The translations under genes were made by a program, and so were the position numbers. This document shows, in pieces, positions 17,949 to 28,690 of a DNA stretch of 64,000 bases. Every line of letters starts with the position of its first letter. Position 1 is the first letter of the stretch. Origin of the DNA: Candidatus Saccharimonadales bacterium (GTDB taxonomy: Bacteria > Patescibacteriota > Saccharimonadia > Saccharimonadales > Saccharimonadaceae). The stretch spans positions 56,131 to 120,130 of the forward strand of contig JBQEKC010000002.1 of NCBI GenBank assembly GCA_052103595.1. Direction: 5' to 3'. The notes beneath the pieces are model-generated. The model had not been told where the DNA came from, ran no database searches, and saw nothing but the letters and a program-made list of their open reading frames with translations.

Positions 17949-18566
17949 CTACCGTTTGTTAATATTTTTGATCAGTTCTTGACCTTGCGGAATTTGCTCA
18001 AGGAACATGGCACTTAGCTGTGAATCGTTCGCTTCAAGCGATCCAGGCGCTTGTTTTTTACAGGTTGTTGTCCACAAACGTTTTACACTTTGGTCGTTTT
18101 GAATCGTTTCGAACACGAGAATTTTTCCGTTATAGCACAAGCCGCGCATATCGTCTGCTTCTCCTTTAAGCGGTTCACCGACAATCATGCCAGCACGATT
18201 GAGTGCATAGACAAATTCTTCATATGCTTTGGTGTTATTATCAAGCGACACGGTATCGAGTGGCTTATCAAGATAGCCTTCGTAGGTCGTCATACTTCGA
18301 TTGCTTGGCGTCACCACAATTTGGTACGAACGGAATTTTTCGTCTGCGGTAATTTCGCCACGAACCGACATTCGCACGCCGCGATCTGCGCTAGTACTTA
18401 AGAGAGCTTCTTCATCAACATTCAACTGCTGAACAGTATCTTGGCTCGCTTCACCACTGTTCAGAATGAAGGTTCGTACAAGTGCAACGATAGCGGCGAC
18501 ACTCACGACGATAATAATGACGATGAGGATCACTGGAAGCAATTGTGAGTTTCTGCCTTGTTTCAT
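17949..18566 (-). CDS. hypothetical membrane-anchored protein
   Basis: MKQGRNSQ plus one TM helix (LLPVILIVIIIVVSVAAIVALV), then a roughly 170-aa extracytoplasmic domain. Start limited by the polA stop at 18613. Confidence 0.65.
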   Translation of the reverse strand: MKQGRNSQLLPVILIVIIIVVSVAAIVALVRTFILNSGEASQDTVQQLNVDEEALLSTSADRGVRMSVRGEITADEKFRSYQIVVTPSNRSMTTYEGYLDKPLDTVSLDNNTKAYEEFVYALNRAGMIVGEPLKGEADDMRGLCYNGKILVFETIQNDQSVKRLWTTTCKKQAPGSLEANDSQLSAMFLEQIPQGQELIKNINKR

Positions 18567-18572
18567 GCTGTT

Positions 18573-18581
18573 ATTGTGGCA
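18573..18581 (-). promoter_or_regulatory. extended -10 box abutting start codon (leaderless-type)
   Basis: Minus strand reads TGcCACAAT aacagc ATG (N=6). Confidence 0.45.
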
Positions 18582-18612
18582 CTGACCCCTTAAAATGTCA
18601 AGAAAAGTGCTA

Positions 18613-21150
18613 TTATAGCGTACCCCAAGTTTCGCCGGTCGATACATCAACCTTCAGCCGAATAGCAAGTTCTGGCGCAACTGCTTCCATTTCATGCTGT
18701 AAAATTGCGCTAATTTCTGCGGCGTTTTCGGCTGGGCATTCTACCAAAATCGAATCGTGAATTTGCAAAATTTGCATGCCAAGCGTACCAATTTTTTGCT
18801 CAACTCGCAGCATGGCGCGCTTCATTAAATCAGCTTCTGTCCCCTGAATTGGCATGTTGGCAGCAGCGCGCTTGGCACCTTCGCGCACCATGTAATTACT
18901 GCTTTTAATATCTGGCGTTGGGCGACGGCGGCCGTAGTACGTTTCTACGTAGCCATCTTCCTCGGCCTTAGCCAGCGTCGCATCAATAAAATCACGAATT
19001 GGTTTTCGCACCGTAAAATATTGGTCGATAAACTGTTTCGCTTCATATAAACTCATGTTTGCCGCCACGCTTAAGCCGTGCGGGCTCATGCCATACAGCA
19101 CGCCAAAGTTAATTACCTTCGCAGCGCGGCGTTGGTCTTTTGTCACCGCCTCCATAGGGATTCCCCAGACATCACTGGCAGTCTTCACGTGAATGTCGAG
19201 GTCGCTGTTGAAGTCTTCGATCATTTTGGTATCGCCTGCTAAAATGGCCGCTAAACGCAGTTCAAACTGGCTGTAATCGGCGCTCACCAGTACGTTGCCC
19301 GGTTCAGCAATAAACGCTTCGCGCACGCGTTTGCCGAGCTCGCTTCGAGTGGGAATATTTTGTAGATTTGGCTGCGTGCTCGACAGCCGCCCCGTTGCCG
19401 CTACATCCTGATGGAAGGTGGTGTGTAAACGCCCGTTCTCATCAACCAATTTTGGCAGCGCATCGATATATGTGCTGCGCATTTTGGCAATTTCGCGCGT
19501 GCGTTCAATCAGTTCAATGATTGGGTGCTGGCCGCGTAGTTTATCAAGCTCTTTTTGGCCAGTGCTATAGCCAGTTTTGCCTTTTTTGATGCCTGTAGTT
19601 GGGAGTTGTAATTTGGTAAATAATACTTCAGAAAGCTGCATCGGGCTACCAATATTAAATTCGTAGCCAACAACATTGTAGATCTCTTGCTGCAGTTTTG
19701 CGTACTCAGCTTCGAGTTCAGTACTTAAACTTGCTAAGTAGTCGCTATCGATTTTAACGCCACGCTGTTCAATATCAAACAGTAAGCGCACCAACGGGAA
19801 ATCAAGTTCCGTCGCAATACGAGCGATGGTCGGTCGCGCCGCAAACATTTCCTGCTGCGAGCGATACACACTCCACAATGCAGCCATCACGCTGCCCGGA
19901 TCAGTTTCGTCAACTTCGGCACCCAGCAGCCCGGCAATCGAGCGGTCGCGCTGCAATGGATCAAGCAAAAAGGCAGCTTGGCGAATATCGTGCACTTCGT
20001 CGATAGCGGTTTGCACGCCCGCCTCTGCCAGTGTATGAAGCAAGGTTTTTACGTCGTAGCCCACCACGCGGCTCATGCCGAGCGTTTGCCACACCTGCGC
20101 CGACACCTCGGCGAGCGGCCGTCGCATTACCGTTGAATCTTTCAACGAAAGCCACACCTCTGCTTCATACACGTGCAATACCACCGCTTCATCAATCGAT
20201 ACTTCATCCGTCCATGACACCACATCAAGCGGCTCCATTTTTTGTTCAACAAACAGCCCGTTCGTTCCGCCGTCATCGAGCATATGCTCTGGCAAGCGGC
20301 GCACCAACGAATGAAACTCAAGTTCCGCCAGCATCTTTTTCAGCCGTGGCGCGTCCACATCGTGCACATTCATATCATCAAGATCAAGCGGTACGGGTGC
20401 GTCACACATAAGTTCGGCAACTTTCTTGCTCATATAGGCAGAGTCTTTGCCGGCAACTAATTTTTTACTCACGGCTGGTTTAATATCATCAAGATGCTCG
20501 TAAATTGCATCAAGCGTGCCGTATTCTTGCAGTAACGTGGTGGCTGTTTTTTCGCCCACGCCCGGCACGCCAGGGATGTTGTCGCTCGTATCACCTTTCA
20601 GCGCTTTTAAGTCCAAAAATTGTTCCACCTGAATACCGTATTTTTCTTCAAACGACTCAGGATTGTAGAGTTCAATATTTGCCAATCCCTTTTTCATGGC
20701 GTACATGTGCGTCAGTGGGCTCACCAATTGCAGCATATCCAGGTCGCTGCTAATAAGGCAAGTTTCGATGCCTTCTTTTTCGGCTTTTTTAGCCAGCGTC
20801 CCCATAATGTCGTCAGCTTCGTAATCATCGCATTCGTACAGCGGCCAGCTAAACGCATCTAGTAATTCGTGCAAAATCGGGATTTGTTCAAAAAAATCTT
20901 GCGGCGGTGTTTTACGCCCAGCTTTGTACGTTGGTAAAATTTCTAGGCGCTTACGAATGCTCGTTCCCTTTTTATCCCACGCCACGCACACATAATCTGG
21001 GTCAAGCTTTTTGATAATTTCAATCGCTAAAGAGGCAAATCCAAACACGCCACCCGTCGGTGTACCATCTTTTGTGCTCAATCCTGGCATAGCAAAATAG
21101 CCCCGATAAAAGATTGATTTTCCGTCGATAATTACTAGGCGCTTGGTCAT
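18613..21150 (-). CDS. polA: DNA polymerase I
   Basis: 5'-nuclease N-terminus (MTKRLVIIDGKSIFYRGYF), polymerase motifs LVSADYSQFELRLAA, RRAAKVINFGVLYGMS and QIHDSILVE. No DxE in the proofreading-domain region, so probably exo-inactive. Confidence 0.95.
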   Translation of the reverse strand: MTKRLVIIDGKSIFYRGYFAMPGLSTKDGTPTGGVFGFASLAIEIIKKLDPDYVCVAWDKKGTSIRKRLEILPTYKAGRKTPPQDFFEQIPILHELLDAFSWPLYECDDYEADDIMGTLAKKAEKEGIETCLISSDLDMLQLVSPLTHMYAMKKGLANIELYNPESFEEKYGIQVEQFLDLKALKGDTSDNIPGVPGVGEKTATTLLQEYGTLDAIYEHLDDIKPAVSKKLVAGKDSAYMSKKVAELMCDAPVPLDLDDMNVHDVDAPRLKKMLAELEFHSLVRRLPEHMLDDGGTNGLFVEQKMEPLDVVSWTDEVSIDEAVVLHVYEAEVWLSLKDSTVMRRPLAEVSAQVWQTLGMSRVVGYDVKTLLHTLAEAGVQTAIDEVHDIRQAAFLLDPLQRDRSIAGLLGAEVDETDPGSVMAALWSVYRSQQEMFAARPTIARIATELDFPLVRLLFDIEQRGVKIDSDYLASLSTELEAEYAKLQQEIYNVVGYEFNIGSPMQLSEVLFTKLQLPTTGIKKGKTGYSTGQKELDKLRGQHPIIELIERTREIAKMRSTYIDALPKLVDENGRLHTTFHQDVAATGRLSSTQPNLQNIPTRSELGKRVREAFIAEPGNVLVSADYSQFELRLAAILAGDTKMIEDFNSDLDIHVKTASDVWGIPMEAVTKDQRRAAKVINFGVLYGMSPHGLSVAANMSLYEAKQFIDQYFTVRKPIRDFIDATLAKAEEDGYVETYYGRRRPTPDIKSSNYMVREGAKRAAANMPIQGTEADLMKRAMLRVEQKIGTLGMQILQIHDSILVECPAENAAEISAILQHEMEAVAPELAIRLKVDVSTGETWGTL

Positions 21151-21156
21151 CTTTCT

Positions 21157-21165
21157 AGTATACCA
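21157..21165 (-). promoter_or_regulatory. extended -10 box abutting start codon (leaderless-type)
   Basis: Minus strand reads TGgTATACT agaaag ATG (N=6). Confidence 0.55.
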
Positions 21166-21198
21166 CTTTGTTTGCGCGCACTTTTTGTGCAAAAAATA

Positions 21199-21227
21199 TT
21201 GACCAGCAAAAAACACAGGAGTACAGT
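21199..21227 (+). promoter_or_regulatory. promoter abutting antiporter start (TTGACC-17-TACAGT-N7-ATG)
   Basis: Hexamers at 21199-21204 and 21222-21227 with ATG at 21235. An AGGAG lies inside the spacer, so a leadered alternative cannot be excluded. Confidence 0.45.
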
Positions 21228-21234
21228 TATTTTT

Positions 21235-23319
21235 ATGGTCTTAAATATAACAACAACACTATCTCTCTTTTTGCTGATCGCTCTCTCGACAGCAATCTTT
21301 TTTGCCGCGCGACGCCTGAAGGTGCCCTACACGGTGTTATTAACCTTAGTGGGGCTCCTCCTTGTCCCGATCGTCAACTTGCCATGGCTGCAAGATTCAA
21401 TCGGCTTTTTGGGTGATATGGTACTCACACCAGAGCTCCTCTTCTTCATCTTCTTGCCGATTCTGATTTTTGAATCTGGCTTTAATATGAATATTCGGCG
21501 TATGCTCGACAATGTGTGGTCGATTAGCTTGCTGTCGGTCGTAGGATTGCTCATTTCTACGCTTGTTATCGCTACGTTACTAACACTCGTACTGCCACTT
21601 GTTGGTATCGACATACCGTTTATTTTGGCGCTGCTTTTTGGTGCAGTGATCTCTGCCACCGACCCAGCTGCCGCTCTAACGCTCTTTAAAGAAGCTAAAG
21701 CGCCGCGCCGTCTTGGCATGATTTTTGAAGGCGAAAGCTTGTTCAACGATGGTACCGCGGTGGCACTTTTCTTGGTTGTCCTTGCTATTGCCACCGACGG
21801 CTTCCATGGTAGCAGTACTATTTTCCACGGTATCCTCGACTTTAGTGTGATGGTACTCGCTGGTATCGCCTTTGGTCTTGTAATGGCAGCCCTGTTTTCA
21901 CGCGCCCTTCGTTTTACGCGCAAAAACGAATTTGTTACCGTTACCCTTATTACCATTTCAGCGCACATTGTCTTCATTTTGACCGAGCTTATTAACGAAT
22001 CAGGCGTGATGCACGTTTCGTCAATTATCGCGACAGCTGTTTCTTCACTCTTCTTGGGCAACTATTCCCGCCACATCATGACACCAAAAACCAACGAATA
22101 TCTCCAAAAACTCATCGAACACGTGGCCTTTGTCGTCAACTCGCTCGTGTTCTTGCTTGCTGGCTTGTTGTTTGCAAATTCTGGCGTCGACTTTGGCCAA
22201 CTATGGCTGCCAATTCTTGTCACCGTACTTGTGGTGATGATTGCGCGTGTCATATCGGTCTATGGGATTACTATTCCGCTTAATGCCGCAAAACTAGAAG
22301 CACGTATTCCAGCTGCCTGGCAAGGATTGCTCGCATGGGGAAGCTTACGTGGTGCGCTGGCTATCATCTTTGTGTTGATGATTCCAGACAATTTTACACT
22401 TGAAGGCTGGAACTACGCCTATTCGCCACGTGACTTCTTGTTGGCGCTCACGATTGGCTGTATCCTTGCAACGCTCTTTATTAAAGCACCGCTCATCGGT
22501 CCAATGATTCGCCGCTTCAAACTTGATAAACCCGCACCACTCGATGAAGCCCACGAAGCCGACCTTGGCGTGTACTACGTTATGACGGAACGCGCTCGCC
22601 TGCTTGCCCACAAAACCAAAGGCTTTATTAGTCCCGAAGAGTACAAAACGCTCATGACGAACGTTGATCTACAGGTTGCCGATCTTCACAACGAACGTCG
22701 TGATCTTATTAAAACTCATGGCGAATCACTGTTTGAACAATCACTTCACCTCGCGATGATCGACCTTGAACGCACCACACTCGAACGGCTCTTCATCAAT
22801 CACGAAATTAGCGAACGACCCTACCGCAAAATCTTCAGCAAGCTTAATTTGCAAAAAGAAGAAATTGAACGGGCACGCCATAACGAAATTGACCCAAGCC
22901 GTCACACCGATCGTAAAGACATTTTCGATCATATGGTGACGCGAGTTGTGACGCTGTTTGATAAAAAATCAAAAGACGTTCAACTTGAAGAACAACTACA
23001 ATACTACCGCGCCCAAATGATTATTGCGCGAAAAGCCGTGCAAGGAATTGAGCGTATGCAAACCGAATATGACAGCGATATCTTCTTGGCAGAACCATAC
23101 AAAAAGGTAGTGAATCGTTACGAAACCTATCGCAAACAATCTGCTAAAAAGGTAGACGACCTTGTTGCAAAACATCGCGGCGAACTTGAGCCCTACCTTG
23201 CAGAACTCGCCAAATCCTCACTGTCTGCTTCTGGTGCACGAGCGATCACCTACTTGAGCGACAACGGGCTTGTCGATGAAGAAACCGAAGCCGCCATCGA
23301 ACGACGATTTGCTGCGTAA
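21235..23319 (+). CDS. Na+/H+ (cation/proton) antiporter, CPA1/NhaP-type, with long cytoplasmic C-terminal domain
   Basis: About 400-aa polytopic domain (ISATDPAA, FEGESLFNDGTAVALF) followed by a roughly 290-aa charged helical tail. Confidence 0.88.
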   Translation: MVLNITTTLSLFLLIALSTAIFFAARRLKVPYTVLLTLVGLLLVPIVNLPWLQDSIGFLGDMVLTPELLFFIFLPILIFESGFNMNIRRMLDNVWSISLLSVVGLLISTLVIATLLTLVLPLVGIDIPFILALLFGAVISATDPAAALTLFKEAKAPRRLGMIFEGESLFNDGTAVALFLVVLAIATDGFHGSSTIFHGILDFSVMVLAGIAFGLVMAALFSRALRFTRKNEFVTVTLITISAHIVFILTELINESGVMHVSSIIATAVSSLFLGNYSRHIMTPKTNEYLQKLIEHVAFVVNSLVFLLAGLLFANSGVDFGQLWLPILVTVLVVMIARVISVYGITIPLNAAKLEARIPAAWQGLLAWGSLRGALAIIFVLMIPDNFTLEGWNYAYSPRDFLLALTIGCILATLFIKAPLIGPMIRRFKLDKPAPLDEAHEADLGVYYVMTERARLLAHKTKGFISPEEYKTLMTNVDLQVADLHNERRDLIKTHGESLFEQSLHLAMIDLERTTLERLFINHEISERPYRKIFSKLNLQKEEIERARHNEIDPSRHTDRKDIFDHMVTRVVTLFDKKSKDVQLEEQLQYYRAQMIIARKAVQGIERMQTEYDSDIFLAEPYKKVVNRYETYRKQSAKKVDDLVAKHRGELEPYLAELAKSSLSASGARAITYLSDNGLVDEETEAAIERRFAA

Positions 23320-23354
23320 AATCGTCTCGGCTAGTGGGGAAACTTCTCCACCTC

Positions 23355-23363
23355 TGCTACAAT
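23355..23363 (+). promoter_or_regulatory. extended -10 box abutting start codon (leaderless-type)
   Basis: TGcTACAAT agaatct ATG (N=7). Confidence 0.5.
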
Positions 23364-23370
23364 AGAATCT

Positions 23371-23949
23371 ATGAGTGAAGCAAAACAAGCAAAAATCCTT
23401 GCCTTTGTAGGGATGCCAGGCGCAGGAAAAAGTTCTGCCGTCGACTACGTAACAGAAAAAGAAATCCCAAAAGTCTACTTTGGCGGCGTCATTCTGCAAG
23501 CCGTGAAAGATGCCGGTCTTGAGCCAACTCCGGCAAATGAACAGATGATGCGCGAAAAACTACGTGCCGAAGAAGGTAATGACGTTGTTGTGAAGCGCAT
23601 CGCCAAACAAATCCACGATTTAATTAACGCTGGTCAACGCCACATTATTGCTGACGGCCTTTATAGTTGGACAGAGTACAAATATCTCAAGCACGAATTC
23701 CCCGGTGAAATGAACGTCGTTGCCATCATTGCCCCACGGAGCGTACGCCACAAACGCCTTAGTCAGCGCCCCGTTCGCCCCCTTACGAAGGATGAAGCCC
23801 TTAAACGTGACTGGGCAGAAATTGAAAACCTTGAAAAAGGTGGTCCGATCGCCATTGCAGATCACTACATCAACAACACCGGCTCGCTTGAAACATTGCA
23901 CGCCGATATCGATCGCGAGCTTGAAAGCCTTTCTTTCTTTGAAGGATAA
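23371..23949 (+). CDS. P-loop nucleotide kinase-like protein (UPF0200/archaeal dephospho-CoA-kinase-like family)
   Basis: GMPGAGKSS P-loop, IADGLYSWTEYKYL, RHKRLSQRPVRPLT and IAIADHYINNTGSLE resemble the UPF0200 pattern as I recall it. Confidence 0.65.
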   Translation: MSEAKQAKILAFVGMPGAGKSSAVDYVTEKEIPKVYFGGVILQAVKDAGLEPTPANEQMMREKLRAEEGNDVVVKRIAKQIHDLINAGQRHIIADGLYSWTEYKYLKHEFPGEMNVVAIIAPRSVRHKRLSQRPVRPLTKDEALKRDWAEIENLEKGGPIAIADHYINNTGSLETLHADIDRELESLSFFEG

Positions 23950-23962
23950 GTGCCGAGCATAG

Positions 23963-23995
23963 AAAAACACCGCTTACTTGAGAAGCGGTGTTTTT
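23963..23995. terminator. bidirectional Rho-independent terminator
   Basis: 13-bp perfect stem aaaaacaccgctt/aagcggtgttttt. A-run and T-run serve both convergent genes (the kinase-like gene and rpoD). Confidence 0.75.
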
Positions 23996-24009
23996 ATGTT
24001 GCGAACGAC

Positions 24010-25076
<1,067 letters not shown>

Positions 25077-25080
<4 letters not shown>

Positions 25081-26795
25081 GAGTGAATCTCCCTATTTAA
25101 TGCCTGAATTTTTTGCAAAAGTTCACGCATCAGCCCTTCGTCACCGTTTTGCTCGGCATCACGAAGCGCCTCTGTTAACGCGTCTTTCTGTTGTTTCTTG
25201 TGTCCATCTTTTATGCGGCGGAGCAAGCGCGCGGCTTCATGGTAGCGATCTTGGTCGTTCCACCCGGCGTATCGTGCATCGGCCCGTAATGATAGTATTT
25301 TTACATAGTCCGGCTGATTTTGCAAGCTTTCAGGGGCGGTTTTAAGGTAGTTGAGGGCGGTTTTTCGCTCATCGGTGGTAAGTTGTTCGGGCGAGACATC
25401 TGCCAACAACGCGCGCGACGACACATCGAGCACAGTCAACGCCAAGAAGTCGTCTTCGTAACTATGATCGTCGGCGTCAGGTTCTGTCGTAGCAGAGCGA
25501 GCAATTGGCTTGAGGTGTTTTTCAGGGGTGTCAACTTGCGTCATTTTAGCTTTCACTGCCTGTACACTGCTGCCGCTCACCTCTGCGGCTTTTTTGAGAT
25601 AATGTTCTTGTTCAACTGGATCCTTCAGCGAGCGAATCACCGCCACTGCCGCAGTCGTAAACGCACGTTTGCCCGCTGCCGTCGCAAGGTCGTTACGCTG
25701 CGCGTACTGGCGCAACACCCATTCCAGCACCGGCTCGGCCGCATCAATCGCCGATTGCCATAACGTAACATCTTTTTGAATCAGTTCATCTGGGTCTTTT
25801 GCGCCATCCGGTAGCGACACAATCGAAAGTTCCACGCCTGCTTCTTGCGCAATGGGAATGGCGCGTTCGGTAGCTTTCAAACCTGCTGCGTCGCCATCAA
25901 ACGCCAAACGGATCATCGGCGTAATGCGGCCAATGGTTTTCAGGTGATGCAACGTCATTGCGGTACCAGCCGTTGCCACCACCTGCTGTACGCCGGCCTG
26001 CCAACTACTGATGACATCCAAATTGCCTTCTACGACGACCGCATAGTCGCGCTGGCGCAGCGCCTCTTTCGCCTGCGAAAAGCCAAACACGTGCCAACTT
26101 TTGTCGTAGAGCAGCGTGGCTGGCGTGTTCAGGTATTTTGGTGCATTCGGGTCATCGGCAATAATGCGGCCCGTAAAGCCAATCACGCGCCCACCGCCGT
26201 CCATTAGCGGTACCATCATGCGGCCTTTAAACAAATCGCCACCAAAACGGTTGGTGACGCCACCATCTTTCATGTCTTGCTTGGAGAAGCCTTTTTTCTG
26301 CAAAAAACGCACCAGCTCGTTGCCACCTTCTGGCGCATATCCAATCCGAAATGCCGTCGCGGTTTCGCGGTTGATGCCACGTGTTTTAAAAATGTATTCA
26401 AGCGCGGTTTTGTTGCGCACCATATGATGCTGAAAAAAGTGCGCAGCCGCTTCGTTTACCTCGTAGAGGCGCTTCTTTTTAGTGGCAATACTTTTTGATT
26501 TGGCAGATTCATATAGTGAAAGATCGACGTTAGCTTTGCGTGCCAGCAATTCAAGCGTTTCACGAAAGCCCAAGCCTTCCACTTGCATCACAAAACTAAA
26601 AATATCGCCGCCTTTATTGCTGCTAAAATCATGCCAGATATTTTTTTCTGGACTGACAATAAAACTCGGGGTACGTTCACTCGTAAACGGGCTCAGCCCC
26701 TTAAAGTTCCGACCAGCACGCTTGAGCTCGACGTATTCGCCAATCACGTCTTCAATTGCCAGCCGCGCGCGCACTTCTTCTTTTGCATCCTGCAT
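25077..26795 (-). CDS. dnaG: DNA primase
   Basis: TOPRIM motifs [11 protein letters not shown] and AFDGDAAG. The N-terminal zinc-binding-domain sequence is present but lacks its Cys/His ligands (see findings). Confidence 0.93.
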
Positions 26796-26802
26796 ACTCT
26801 TT

Positions 26803-26811
26803 AGTATAGCA
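26803..26811 (-). promoter_or_regulatory. extended -10 box abutting start codon (leaderless-type)
   Basis: Minus strand reads TGcTATACT aaagagt ATG (N=7). Confidence 0.55.
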
Positions 26812-26859
26812 CTCTCCCCTTGTATTTACCCTAGTGCTTGTGCTTAAATAAAGACAATT

Positions 26860-27807
26860 ATGAACCCAAATCAACCGCAACCAGGCCAGCCACAAACTCC
26901 ACCACCAAACAATAGTGGCTATCCACCGCAGTATGGGTCACCACAACAACAGCCACAGCAGCAATATTCGCAGCCACAGGGTTACAACACCGCCGCTCCG
27001 CAAAATCCTTACGCACAGCCAGCCCCACCACAACAGGCGCCCGAAAACTGGTACACACCAACGCCAAAACCAAATGACTCTAAGCCTGGTGACGTAAGCC
27101 AATACTTGCAGCAATCTAGCCCATCAACAGCGCAAACCAATCCAGTTAACGCTCAAAACCCTGCTACCGGCCAAACAATTAACGGGCAATACGCGGTTGA
27201 TTACCTTGGTGGTATTGCACCAGCTGCGCCAAATAACACCGTTTCAGTGGCAGGTTTTCAGCTGACAAAAAAGATAATCGCAATCATCGTGAGCGGTATT
27301 GTCGCCCTTATTATGGCGCTCGTCGTGTTCTTCTCGATGCAAACACCTCAAGGCCCTACAACACTCAACGAGTCATCACTCTACGCAAGTTTTATTGATA
27401 CCGCTGACGTCACAAAAGATTCCAGCAAAAATATCAACGATAGCCAACTCCGCTCACTCAACGGAAGTTTCCAAACTTTCTTACTCAACTCTGCCACGCA
27501 AATGGAAGAGCCGCTCACAAAATCTGGTATCGATCATACAAAATTAAAGACCGCTGCCAAAAAACCGCCCTATCATGATGATAAAATGGCTGCCAAGCTA
27601 GAAGATGCCCGCCTACTTGACACTTATGACCGTGTCTATGCCAGCGAAGTTAGCTTTAAACTTCAAACAATGGACGCCACTATTCAAAAAATTAAAAAAA
27701 CCAACACGCGCGAATCAATGCAATCATACCTTACAGAAACAGAAAAGAGCCTCACTGTCTTGCAAGAGGCTCTCAAAAAGTACGAAAACGGCGAAGAAGA
27801 ATCTTAA
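26860..27807 (+). CDS. hypothetical single-pass membrane protein with Pro/Gln-rich N-terminus
   Basis: About 125-aa PQ-rich low-complexity region, a TM helix (IIAIIVSGIVALIMALVVFF), then a roughly 165-aa helical domain. Confidence 0.6.
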   Translation: MNPNQPQPGQPQTPPPNNSGYPPQYGSPQQQPQQQYSQPQGYNTAAPQNPYAQPAPPQQAPENWYTPTPKPNDSKPGDVSQYLQQSSPSTAQTNPVNAQNPATGQTINGQYAVDYLGGIAPAAPNNTVSVAGFQLTKKIIAIIVSGIVALIMALVVFFSMQTPQGPTTLNESSLYASFIDTADVTKDSSKNINDSQLRSLNGSFQTFLLNSATQMEEPLTKSGIDHTKLKTAAKKPPYHDDKMAAKLEDARLLDTYDRVYASEVSFKLQTMDATIQKIKKTNTRESMQSYLTETEKSLTVLQEALKKYENGEEES

Positions 27808-28139
27808 CGGCGGACGAGCTCATAGCTAAGACGCGCTAAATCAAGTACTTCTTGCGTATCTAATTGGCCGGTGCACAGAATCGTGTTCCAGTGTCGTTTG
27901 TTCAAATGGTAGCCGGGTAATACCGTCTCGTATTCACTGCGGAGGTGTTCTGCAAGCTGCGGATCACACTTCAGGCTCACACGAAGCGGTTTACTTTCAA
28001 GTTCAACCAGTGCAACGATTTTTCCTTCTGGTTTTTCGCCAAATTTAAACACGGCCGTTTTTTCATCAAACGGAAAATCGAGCCAGATGCTGTCATCAAG
28101 GCCGGTGATAAATGTTTCAAATTCTGCGTACGTAAGCAT
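27804..28139 (-). CDS. MmcQ/YjbR-family protein
   Basis: 111 aa with LPGYHLNKRHWNTI, which I recall as characteristic of the YjbR family. Its start overlaps the orn stop by 1 nt. Confidence 0.8.
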   Translation of the reverse strand: MLTYAEFETFITGLDDSIWLDFPFDEKTAVFKFGEKPEGKIVALVELESKPLRVSLKCDPQLAEHLRSEYETVLPGYHLNKRHWNTILCTGQLDTQEVLDLARLSYELVRR

Positions 28140-28675
28140 TACAATTGCACCTTCTTCAAGTAATATTCTAGCTCTTCAATACTCCCTTTGATATCATCGA
28201 GCGCACGATGGGCGTTTGGCTTTGCAAACTTTTTGCCATATTTCCCATCAAACACTACTTTCCAAGCGCTTACATCCAACATGCGGTAATGCAATGTTTC
28301 GTTCAGATGTGGCCATTCGTTTTCAATAAACTTACGGTCTTGGTGGATGGAATTCCCCGCCAGCAAGATTTTGTCACTAGTGTCAAAGTGCGTCTGCACA
28401 AATTCGAGTAATTCATTTTCTACCGTACGACCATTTTTACCAGTCTTGTTTTGCGCCATCAGTGCATCACGTACGCTACTAAATTTTTCCCAAAAATCGC
28501 CCACCATACGCTTTTTCATCAACGCAGGACCAACTTTTTTGACCGCTTCATAACGAGCGATTTCGGTAAAATCCCAATCAGTTGCAATAGCGGCAACTTC
28601 TAAAATACGGTCATGAGCGGGATCAAGCCCGGTCATTTCTAAATCAATCCACAGAAGTGTTGCTTTTTTCGTCAT
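28139..28675 (-). CDS. orn: oligoribonuclease
   Basis: LLWIDLEMTGLDPAHDRILEVAAI (DEDD exonuclease motif I), GNSIHQDRKF and HRALDDIKGSIEEL. Confidence 0.9.
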   Translation of the reverse strand: MTKKATLLWIDLEMTGLDPAHDRILEVAAIATDWDFTEIARYEAVKKVGPALMKKRMVGDFWEKFSSVRDALMAQNKTGKNGRTVENELLEFVQTHFDTSDKILLAGNSIHQDRKFIENEWPHLNETLHYRMLDVSAWKVVFDGKYGKKFAKPNAHRALDDIKGSIEELEYYLKKVQL

Positions 28676-28690
28676 ATCTTCTATTTTACA

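Noticed and set aside
21151-21216. N-terminal extensions proposed by the longest-ORF track for polA, and likewise for holA 15032-15151, mutM 17378-17485, orf 18567-18650, helicase 31637-31696, groES 56115-56174, udg 5083-5112, pnp 8099-8137, rpsO 8572-8607 and GT 54110-54142.
   Set aside because: Canonical family N-termini start at the internal Met. The extensions either contain the promoter/-10 box or SD of the gene, or overlap the upstream gene.
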